A stretch of DNA of 63,444 nucleotides, filler included, from Choristocarpus tenellus KU-1152 (lineage: Eukaryota > Protista > Phaeophyceae): NCBI GenBank assembly GCA_964200185.2. It is 8 parts of 8 records of this genome, joined end to end, with 100 filler letters (N's around TTAATTAATTAA, not from the genome) between each part and the next. Parts side by side here need not be neighbours in the genome. Positions count along the whole stretch, not along the records: positions 47,225 to 55,344 come from CAXNAD020005116.1; positions 55,445 to 60,435 come from CAXNAD020012254.1; positions 60,536 to 63,444 come from CAXNAD020023727.1; 5 more parts are not named here. One strand, given 5' to 3'. Position 1 is the first letter of the stretch, and each line of letters begins with the position of its first letter. The notes below the pieces were generated by a model. That model was not told the DNA's origin and ran no database searches. It saw only the letters and a program-made list of their open reading frames with translations. A program made the translations under genes and the position numbers. Below are positions 53,089-63,444 of the stretch, in pieces.

Positions 53089-53347
53089 CCGAACCGAGTG
53101 TTGAACGCGATGCGGTTGCGGCCTGGCGGACCGTTGTGAAGAACGAACGACCTAGTCTCTGGATGGTTGAGAACCACGACATTCAAAAAAATAATAATTC
53201 ATGCATGCCTCCAAGGATTTAGAAACAGATGAATGAGCCTGTTTTCATTGATTATTGGTACTTTGTTTGCTGTACACGATACATTACCTCTCTGTGGTCA
53301 TCTTTGGACGCAGAAGGAAATATTGCCATTGATATCTTTGGACAGAG
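53089..53347. promoter_or_regulatory. Putative RPL35A 5'-UTR exon (donor gtgagt at 53088, minus strand) and promoter shared with the divergent gene at 53348
   Basis: CpG-rich block with a strong minus-strand donor. A cag acceptor lies 4 nt upstream of the RPL35A ATG, and a divergent ATG follows at 53348. Confidence 0.45.
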
Positions 53348-55320
53348 ATGAAGTCATATTCGTTGCACTCTTCTTTGCGATGCTTGTGCCTGGTACTGGT
53401 CGTCCTTTTAGGTGTTCTTGTAGCAAGTAGACCCAGTAACTGCTTCTCATGTGCAGGAGGTAGGCAACCTCTACAGTCATTCTTTCGTCTTTCTTTTTGC
53501 ACTCAATCCGCACTCACGCCTGCATATGCTTAATATTTCAAATCTAGCCCGTGTTGATCAATACTCCCTTGGTGCTCGATCATGAAGCCCGTATGGTGCA
53601 ACGATCCTTAAAGACACGACACAGAACCAGATCTGGATGTCGTCAATGGGGGACAGGAGATGGGGTTCAAGATCCGGAATGCCTGCAAGAATCTCACATG
53701 TTGACAGTGCTAGAGGCGGTGAGAGAACGAAGAGGTGCGTTAGAACACGAGATTATTACAATTATGTGCAGATGCGCGTAAATTTTCCTGTTCCCTAAAG
53801 TAATCGGTTATTAAACTGACGAAGGAGTTCGTATTTTCGTATATGACCCAGAAGGATGACCCAGACGTGCCTCCAACACGCGGTTATGTGAGTACTAGCT
53901 ATTAATATACTCCCTGAGACTGTTTTCCTCGGGAATCTCACCATATTTTACATGATCTGACAAGATCAGGGACTGCGCAGAAAGCATTCAGAACGAATCC
54001 CGTTGTTGTTAGAACACCAGTTGAAGAACTTTCCTCTCCTTTTATCCTTCTCATCCCTACAGTGCCCAGGGAAAACGTTGCAGAAGCTCTCGAGTGGCTC
54101 TCGAAGCTTGAAGCGGGACCCATCCCAGGTGAGACCACGCCAAGATATATGTGAACCCTTCTGGTAGTAGTATGTTAACATTGGAAGGCCTAGACACAAT
54201 AAAGGAGCTTTATAAGTGAAAATTTTGAGATGCGGGAAAACTCTCAGTGCATAGTGATTTTGGGTAGGTGACCATAGGCAGTCTTGGGTGTTTGCTTCTC
54301 GACGATGTTCTCAGCCGTGTTCTCTGTCTTCCAATCCACCAAGCTCGGGATCACCCTGTTCCGTGCACCACAGGACGAGAAAGGTGGGAACACTGCATCG
54401 TCTCCTCTGATTTGACTTTGTACTTCAGGTCAAATAATACATGCTGTAGTGCATTGCCTTGGAAGGCCTCGTGATCGGATCCCACATGTTCTCACGTACA
54501 CAAAACACACAGTAGTCCTTGCCTCTAACATATTTATACAATAGGCACAAAGAAATGGTCTTAGAAAGGCAGAGGGGAACCAAAGACTCAAGAGACCTTG
54601 AAAAGGTACACCAACACCCCTTAAATGAGGTGGTAATGCAAAAGTTGAATATTTTGTGATAAAATATTTATGTATTTGATCGCCTACAGAAACGGCGATG
54701 TCCTGCACTCAATTGTGCTCGAAATGCACATACAGCATATGACTGAAGGTGTATGAATCGCTGAGCTTCATGGGCAGTGAATGCACACAGTGCACCTTTG
54801 CACAAAACGCAACATTAAAAGTCCCCCCTCAATTTTAGGCTTGATTAATAACAATTTGTTTGAATTGTAGGGATTCATTTGCTACAATTCTAAATGCTGC
54901 TTCAATAGGAAGCTCGGGTTGACCAAACCTTTGGACTCTGTTGTGACAGATCTCAGTGTCTTCCCATACACTCTCCACTCTGTAACAGAACCTTGCCCTA
55001 TCCATTTCCAAACAGTGTTGACCGGTATTGTGGGTTCCATACATGTAGCCCAATGAATGTGATATGGGCATTACTCACTTGAGCCCATTCTACTGCATAG
55101 TGTTGCAATCAAGCGACAAATGCTTTGGAAGGATTTTTAACCCCATGCCTTCTTGCGGTGGAGTGTCTCTTGCAGTAAGTGACATTGAGGGCTCGTGGGA
55201 GTTGATTTTCAGTACTCAGCTTTCGAGTGGATACATGCCTGTGCAAGAAATCATTGGTTTCTTCCCTTCACGAGGAGTCATCACACTAGACACCAATGCA
55301 GGGCTGCTTCCTCTAGGGGG
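53348..55320 (+). CDS. Putative plastid-targeted PAP/fibrillin-like protein (partial; exons ~53348-53459, ~53548-53734, 54063-54128, 55176-55320)
   Basis: Signal peptide ending in NCF, resembling a stramenopile bipartite presequence, then LTVLEAVRERR|VPRENVAEALEWLSKLE..|VSDIEGSWELIFST, the lipocalin/fibrillin-type GxWxLxFST motif. The exon 1-2 phase is unresolved and the gene is cut by a gap. Confidence 0.5.
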
Positions 55321-57649
55321 GTGAGTGAGTGTTCTGTTCCCCCCNNNNNNNNNNNNNNNNNNNNNNNNNNNNNNNNNNNNNNNNNNNNTTAATTAATTAA
55401 NNNNNNNNNNNNNNNNNNNNNNNNNNNNNNNNNNNNNNNNNNNNTTTAAGACCGTTTTCGCAAAACAACCATCCTCATAGTCCTGCACCATCCTCAATTT
55501 TGAGAAATCCCTGTTGGATGTCTCGACCATGTCCACTACGTGTTATTCAAATAATGTGAACGTGAGATATTCACACACACAGATCACAAATCGCCTCAGA
55601 CACCCAATGATGTGTTTGTTTAAACCTACAATTTTCGTACTCTAAATAAAATAATGTTATGGGGCGTGGTTGTGTGTGATAGGGGGTGATGAGGAGCACA
55701 AGAGATGTGGATAACCTCTTGGAATGTATGAGTGACAACTTCTTGAGTTATCAGCCGCAGGGTCGGATCCCATAGAAATATTGCAAATATCAGGTAGGAT
55801 GTTAGTTTCCTATGTATTTTAAAATTATGTTTTAGCCTATTCGAGTGACAACCTATCATACACAGGCTTAACCACAATTGGGTAGGATACCAATGAACTA
55901 TATGAAGGCGAAAAAATATCCTTCAAATGGACACCGGTACCCCTTGTCTCTCTTCTTTATCTGCCTCAAAGAATTTCGTATCTTTAATGTCATGGGAGAA
56001 AGAATACTCACCTTAAATGGCAGTTAGAACGAAATGTTGTACTTATCTGTCCATGAGAATTTGACCCAGATTGAACATGGCTGCCAGGATTGACATGGCT
56101 GCCAGGATTGACACGACTGATGCAAAACAATAAAGGCTGCCATATATCAAGTTTTTGAGTATGTGCTGACTGGCACTATGGTCTATGACCTCAAGCGAGA
56201 GAGTCGTGTTCCTCTCCAATTTCACTCTGGACCGCAAAACCGATACCCCAATTGGTGTATCAAACCGGAAAGGGACCCTGGTCTGTCCATTGCCTCCCTT
56301 TCTTGCTTCTGTGAGTCTCCCAGGGGATGCCTTTGACTAGATCGATTGTCAGGATTGCCGATGTGCCAGATGGGTTTGGTCGAGGTGATGGGATCTTCTC
56401 TAGAGGAGGTTGAGCATTGCCTTTGCATCCTCAAACTTGTACTTGTCTTCAGCTGCATCTGTGTTTGTATTGATGCAGCCATGATAAGAACCCATTAACT
56501 TGGTGAATTCCCCTTTAGACTGTCAGCATGAGTGCCGCTGTCGTGAGGCAGGGTCCAATCAGTTGTGGAGGGTGTTCAGAATCATCAGTTGTGTTAAGGT
56601 GGGTTTGATTCCTCAACCCAAGGCTCTCTCAGTCATCAAATCTTAGGAGAAGTTAGAATGGAATCTTGGATCCGATGGGTGAAGTCACATTCTTGTGACC
56701 ATCAACGGCAAGGTGTCTGGGAATTCTTAGAACTTTTCTGTGATGTTGATGGGAACATCACCAAAGACAAAGAAATATGCACGCAGAAATGGATTGGACT
56801 GAGATCAGCTCCCAACTGTCACACTCAAAGCATATCTACATATTTCCCACAACATGACACATGGGAGGGGGGGTTGNNNNNNNNNNAAAGCAAATCACAA
56901 ATTTTCCCACAAGAGGGGCGAGGGGGGGGGGGGTGGGGGGGGGGGGGTCGTGGGGGACTTTCTCCCCTTTTTCATTGTTAGGTATGTCTGTTCATTTTAA
57001 CACTATTACCAAGAGATAGAGAGGGTTGCATGCTAAGGATGACCCGAGGGTCTTATTAGAGGTCATCCATTTGGGACTTCAAGGAAAATGATGAAAATAC
57101 CCCCATTTGGCGGGTAATTTTCTCTCTGTATTTGGTCCAGGAAGGGGCAAAGAAAAGAAAGTACATTTTTATTAAGAAAATTGCCCTTACATCTCACACA
57201 TTCAGTCTTGTGACAAGAAAATCACTACAGGGTCACAACAGCTCCGAACGGACGCTGGACCCCCCCTCTAGGATACTCGAATTTCCACAATTGCGGAAAA
57301 GAGGTTTCACTGACCATGTGGTGTGACTTTGTGTGTGGAAAGCTGGTATATTTGTTTTTAGGATACACAACCTTTGTGCACATTCAAAAGCAACAAAAAC
57401 AGAGTGCATTGAGCCAAAGAAAGGAGTAGAGAGGTAGGCAGGTTTTTGGACTCTGGCGCATTCTAAGACATGTTTCCTACCTGTGTGCAATACACTCTAT
57501 TTCTTAGCCTTCACGCGCACAACAGTGTGTACGCAAAATTGATATTTCCCTCTTCACGCACAGAAAGTGACATACATACATTAGCCGTCAGAAAAAAAAG
57601 GCTCTTTCCGCAATTAAACAAAAAACAGAATCGTTTTGCCCTTTTGTTG

Positions 57650-57920
57650 GATCATCCTCAAATTGTAACCCTGCCTGCCTCTCTGTTGATTTGAATCATT
57701 GTGCACAGTGCAAAGTAAACATCACTTGGAATATGCCAAACATCTCCAAGAAGACCTGCCCACCTCTCCGTTCCTTTTGCTTCACAAGTAATCTCCCCAT
57801 TTTTTTTTCACATCATACATACCAAATACATGTGTTCAACAAAACACGATAACACTGAATCGTCGACGATCACTTTCGTTCCACCACACTTCTGACACGT
57901 GTCTCCCAAAAACATCTGAT
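57650..57920 (-). mobile_element. Possible degenerate Mutator-like transposase zinc-ribbon remnant
   Basis: Fragmentary DTCQKCGGTK...MYLVC...QINREA translation broken by stops; weak resemblance only. Confidence 0.2.
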
Positions 57921-59329
57921 CATCCTCCCAAACAGAAATGTGCGTTGTTTAATACTTTGTCCAAGTTCAATTTGTATTACCTGACCTCTTGGCGCTACAC
58001 CATCTTCGCAGAATCTCTCCCTCTCCCTCTTCAACACTTACTTCAAACGATATATGGTTCCATACATTTATAACCAACATTCGCAACAACATATTTCATA
58101 GTATCATCCTTCCAAAAAGAATCTTGACAAGTAATATATTTGCCTGGAAATTCTTTTGGTTTTTGTATCATTCATTCCAACTACTGTTTATTCTATTAAC
58201 AGTTGGTTCTACTCCCTACATGTACAGACAGAGAAGAGTCAAAAATTCGAAAATTGAAGAAAGTGCCATATAATTTCATACATTTTTGGCCCAAAGAACC
58301 TTCACACATCAACAAACATCATATCACTAACACTAATCTCAATATTTATGTTCAGTTCTGCTCCCCCATACATGACAACTGGAACAGAAATTTGGGGCGA
58401 TCAGCAATAATACGTGTCACCTTTTCTCACCAGTAAGAAGCCTGGGGCTGCGCTTGATTGATTATCTGTAGCGATCACCACATCGCTACACCTTTGTCGA
58501 TCCAAGCAGATCGCTCGACTTTGTACTCTTCTCCAGCTATTGAACTCTATCATCACATTCTACCTCCGAAAATAAACACCCTCAAAAAGACACACCTCTG
58601 AAGACCAGATCCTAAGCAGTGCGATCACAGTAGCCTAGACTTATCAGGCACACATGGTTATCACAGAATTTATTTTCACCTCTCTGCCACCTGGTGTACA
58701 AATTTGGTATTTATCAACTCCGAGATATTATTATGTAAACTTGGACATGTTCCTCCCTCGTCCCCATTTTAAAATGGCGAAAAATTCTCGACATGTTGCA
58801 CCTGTTGTACCTAGTAAACCTTTTTGGTACGTAACATTTCCAACCTACCTCTATACCTCTTATTTTTCATGATCATATATTTTCACATTTCTTTGATAGA
58901 TGTCATATTATTTCTCCTCCTCATAACATAGGCAATTCCCTACAAACCTCAATAACACGCTGCATATGTTGCTTTTCCACTAAATTATTGTCAATGATCG
59001 TGTCATCTGTTTGTTTCCATCACATGATTCCAAATAATTGAGAAACCTTGATCTTCTCAAATCTGGAGTGGTTACCGTTATTGAACACTTCCCTGTACAT
59101 CCTACTATATCGCAACCTCCAGACGGGAATATCTACCCTTTCCAGACCTCAGTCGGCTTTTATCACATCATATCCCCCACTCAAACGAAACCTCATCTTC
59201 TTTTTCCTTCCTCTGTTCGGAATTAAATATCACATAACTTCTGGAAGCTCTGTTCTCGCCTCGGATCAACCCACATGATAAACCGCCTGAACAAGGCTTA
59301 GTCTCGTACAGATTGGGAGGTGTACAAAG

Positions 59330-60435
59330 TTTGAGAGGGTGGGCTGTCATGACTGTGAAGGATCAACAGTGCAAAGTCGACCAAGTCGCATTTGATAGGG
59401 TACAAAAACCTCGTGAAACTGCAAAAGCAGCTGTCTATTGGAATGCCTATAGCGAAGGCCCCCCATCGTTCGAGCAGCTCGCTCATCCCATCACCGTCCA
59501 TCAGTCTCAATTCTTTGACTCAGAGGTCTTTCCAGGGTCCAGACTCTAACACCCCAACAAAGATCAGCATGGTGGCACAATGCCTGGAGGCAAGAGGATC
59601 CGAGACTCGGATGCCGCAGCAGGCGGTAGTGGCCATCGTTTAGGACTTCAGAATTTCCCAAATCACCATGTTCCATCATCTGAAGGAGTACGACAGTCAG
59701 ATTGCACGGGGTGAAGGCATGGACCTTGTACAACGTCACAAGGGATGATGTGGGCACTGTACAAGTATCCTAGATGTTTGTACACCACACATCCTTCAGT
59801 AAATGGGTGGCCAAAGCTGGGGTCTCCCTAGCCTTGTTGTGGGATCTGTGCAAGCGCAAGAAGGTCGAGAAGGTCAAGTTGTGGATTCAGCCAGTCATCT
59901 CCAACCAGCAGAAAGTCAAGAGGGCGGGTTTCGTCATCAGTCAAATGCATAGGAGGGAGAGAAGTGGGGTATTTATTAGTGGATGATCTATATGGCTGGG
60001 TGCATATGGACAATAGGTGGTTTTACATCCATCAAAGATGGGCAAGGTGTGAACCACACCCCACTCAGGACCCCCATAAACCCCCACAGGCAGAGAACAA
60101 ATGTTACATTACGAAAGTGATGTTCCTTGCAGCTGTGGCCCTCCCTAGGAAGCTCTCCAACAGGGTATGGTCGGATGGGAAAATTGGGATCTGGCCAATC
60201 ATGGACACAAAGATCGCTCAGCGCTTCAGCAAACATCACCCCAAGGGTACAATGTGCATGTGTCAGCTACCGTGAATGGGAGAGGTGTAAGAAGCTCATG
60301 ATCGAGGCTATCATCCCGATAATCAAGGCCCACATTCATAGGCCAGAAGGACACACTATCTTCGTGTAGCTGGACGGGGCAAGTCACACATCAAGGGGGG
60401 GATCACGGAGGCAGTCGAGGAGGCAGTGGGGGACG
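59330..60435 (+). mobile_element. Tc1/mariner DD39D (plant-mariner-type) transposase pseudogene, truncated by gap
   Basis: WIQPVISNQQKVKR, VHMDNRWFY, YITKVMFLAAVALPR...DGKIGIWP...AQRFSKHHPKGT, LMIEAIIPIIK...TIFV*LDGASH match the plant/oomycete mariner consensus (HIDEKWFY, KVMFLAAVARPR, DGKIGIWP, IQQDNAxPH). Frameshifts and stops present. Confidence 0.85.
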
Positions 60436-61077
60436 NNNNNNNNNNNNNNNNNNNNNNNNNNNNNNNNNNNNNNNNNNNNTTAATTAATTAANNNNNNNNN
60501 NNNNNNNNNNNNNNNNNNNNNNNNNNNNNNNNNNNGTGAAACCAAAGGACTGTTAAAGAGTCCACTGACATGTCTGCTCCCCCTGCGATCATGGAAAAGA
60601 CTCACCAATTGTGACATTCACTTAGCTCTGGCCTGTTTTAAACCCTTGTTGAGCCTGTAACTGCCTGTACAGCTTCAAAAAGGAATTTACAGCAGACTAC
60701 TGTGGTTGTAAAATCATCGGTGGTCTCCCACCAAACTGTAGATTTCCATCCTGCCTTCCATACCCGTGCAAGTGCCTTGGAATGGAACCAACCCTTGGCC
60801 TTCTTTCCATCCAATTATGTGTTCTTTTTCCAGTTGTGCTCACAACCAAGTAGTGTGACCGTGACCCCTAGTACTGGTCCTTAGCCATTTCAAACATACC
60901 AAGTAAACGAGTAGAGTGATTGTCTTCGTGGCCCTTCCTCCCTCAAAGTATCTTTGTACTTCAAACGAGGCAGTTCTAATCATCAACATCAACCAGGCGT
61001 TAACCGAAAGACCATTGCAGCGCATCAATACTAACCATTGTATTTCATGACAAACAATACTAACCATTGTATTTCAT

Positions 61078-61123
61078 AACAAACAAACAAACAAACAAAC
61101 AAACAAACAAACAAACAAACAAA
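61078..61123. repeat. (CAAA)n microsatellite preceded by a 29-bp tandem duplication
   Basis: Read directly. Confidence 0.9.
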
Positions 61124-61229
61124 CGATGCTCCACACATGAATGCCGCACTGTACAGTTCCTAAGAAGATGCGCAATACAATGGGTAGGATGTGGAGACGT
61201 ATGGGGGGCAAATGCAATCAGGTACCCAC

Positions 61230-63444
61230 CTGAAGTTTCAAGTTTTCCAGGTAAACCTTCTTTCGCTGCCGAGACTTCCGAGAGTGATCGCGGTTCCGGT
61301 CCCTACTCTTGTCCAATTTCTCTTCAGGTGTTAGGTCTCTTTGATCACTGCTGAACACACAAAAACAGCCAGCCGAGAAAGTTGATGTGGACAGGAGAAA
61401 AAGTAGACATTATATTTTTATTATTAGTTGGGAAGAGCCGAAAGGCACTTGAGAGGGTGGGGCTGCATCCGTTCGGGGTCACAAATCCAATGTTACGATT
61501 TTGATGTAATTTCAGCTGTTGTGTTTGTTAGCAAAGTGTCAATATCCTTGTTCCGGACACACCTTTCACAGCCACATGCATTTAAGGTAACTGTGACCCA
61601 AAGTATCTGGGAGGTTGGGGGGGTCTACACTAGGGTGTCCATTTGAACCAAAATCAGGAAAAGTACATTTACAGTATCTATCCAACATATACAACCAAAT
61701 CACCCAAAAATCGCGACATGACAAAATTGACCCCAAATGGACAGCCGCCACCCCCTCCCAGATACTTTGAGCCTGTGTTTACATAGAAAACCAAGAGAGG
61801 GCATAAAAAAAGAGTGGGAAGATAAGTCCCGAACAGACAAACGGGGAAAAATTCCTACCCTTTTAAATGCTTCAACGATAGAGTAGGAACCAGTATGGGA
61901 AGATGGACTCAAGAGCAATGAACAAAACATGAAATATCGTCATAGCTCAGGCAATAGGAAGATCAAGACAACAAATCCTTCTCTTCGCCACTCTCTTCTT
62001 TAAGGCAGGTCTACTGCTACTACAGCATGTTCTGTCTGCGCCTGAAAGTCAACTATCATCCCAGCCAATAAACCAAATCATCTGGCAAGCACACCATTGG
62101 CAGTGGGTTGTATGAACGCTAGTAAAAAAAGCGTTCCCCTCTTCTCCTGCTTTCTTTGTCAACAAAAGGGTCAAGTTATAGTCTTTCATCACTGCTGTCA
62201 TCCCTTCTCCTTCTCACCCACTGTTTCCTGAGCCTCCCACCCGTCTGCTGCCAGATGCCAGTTCCGTCCGTAGGTCACTTAGGTCACCCCTTCCACCTTC
62301 AATGTAGGAAGTGGATCGTCTATTGTCAGACACAGAGCCCCTGTTTTGTCCTGGTGACATACTGGATGGAACTACTGAAGGTGGAAGTACAGAGTTCCCA
62401 AAAGGAAATCCCAGCGCTTGCATGATTCCACCACCATCACCACTGGCACTAGCTGAACTGGGTGCATGCCCCACTCCCAGCATGTAACCTTCTGGTGGAG
62501 GCATAGAAGACAAACGAGAGGATCCTCCAAGAGCACCTAAGGTCTCGGGGGCTGAGCTGTGATGGCAAGGTGGTCAAAGAGTATAGGGTATAGGCCACAG
62601 TGCAATCAGTGGGTCCATACATACAAGTGTGAGGAATCCAAGGACAGATTAACCTCCCCCGCGAGACAACTGGAGATGTGGATTATACATCTGAAAGACC
62701 GGTGTACTGTGACTATATGCAAAGAAATGTATTCGTTTACTAATCAGACTGGGACTAGAATAGAGTGTTTTGATTTAGAGTGTTCATAGGCAACTCAGAG
62801 TGTATAAATTGCAGAGAGACCAGTTGCACGCGGACGGAAGATACTGTCCGACCCTCAACTAGAATTTGGATGTCGCCTTGACATTATCTCTTCCCTACTT
62901 TTTTAATTTGGACTTTGAATTAAAGTGGGGTAATTAGAGGTGTTTCAGCCCTTTTAAAGGGCCTACTGGATCTTGCACGACAATTCTTCCTTCCAAAGTA
63001 TTCTTCTCAACTTATTCACCTTTTGCAGCACGACACGACAACATCAATCGAGCTACTTGAATAGCAGGCCTGTGACCAAGCTGAAATACATCTCAACTGA
63101 CCTCTCTCATGGAAGAACGTTCCAACCTTCGACTGGAAATCATTGCAACAAATCAGAATATGGACTTGTCCGATTCGTCGGGATAGACTCAAGAGTGTAG
63201 AATGGTGTATATACGCAACACGCAACTCACAGAAGTCTCACCTGGGTGGGAAATCGATCCGCCTGGAGTAGGTAGACTGCGAATTGTGCGGGTTGGGTGC
63301 TCTCATAGGTAGGGCAACCGGGGATTGCTGATTAGCAGCTATGGGGGGGACGTCGGGCGCCATGTGCCATCCTGGAGGAGCAGGTGGTGGCGGGTGTGTA
63401 ACATAGGGACCTCCGCTTACTGGGCCATGGGGGTAGTCTGAATC
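61230..63444 (-). CDS. bZIP transcription factor, internal exons 63242->63444, 62218-62556, 61230-61350
   Basis: Phase-consistent Pro/Ser/Gly-rich exons lead to LTPEEKLDKSRDRNRDHSRKSRQRKKVYLENLKLQ, the bZIP basic region (N-x7-R) and start of the zipper. This exon is not in the ORF track. Confidence 0.82.
61435..61876. mobile_element. MITE family B copy interrupted by family A, in a bZIP intron
   Basis: The sequences flanking the family A insert align with the two halves of 25224-25481 (gcatccgtt...gattttgatgtaattt...gtgtcaatatc; cagacaaac...gaaaaatt). Confidence 0.7.
61595..61773. mobile_element. MITE family A copy, TSD TGT, nested in a family B element
   Basis: tgt-GACCCAAAGTATCTGGG...CCCAGATACTTTGAGCC-tgt. 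Confidence 0.82.

Overview
Eukaryotic, intron-rich nuclear DNA (GT-AG introns, TTAGGG repeats), most likely from a photosynthetic stramenopile such as a brown alga. That assignment is inferred from gene content and intron style. The window is eight contigs joined by artificial 100-bp spacers (44N-TTAATTAATTAA-44N), so several genes are cut by gaps. Exons spliced by hand support these genes: coronin (5' end), a signal-peptide thioredoxin/PDI-like protein with WCPHC, ZNHIT3/Hit1, URB1/Npa1, a large uncharacterised coiled-coil protein, a small uncharacterised gene with a GC-AG intron, a spliced DUF1826 protein, RPL35A (complete, 113 aa), a putative plastid PAP/fibrillin-like protein and a bZIP transcription factor. 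Also present: a decayed multi-exon pseudogene, a DD39D mariner transposase remnant, two related MITE families (one nested in the other), and many short interstitial telomeric arrays inside introns. The most notable pattern is CpG-depleted gene bodies with CpG-rich islands at gene 5' ends. No prokaryotic operon, CRISPR array, rRNA or tRNA was seen. Most short ORFs in the supplied track are spurious.
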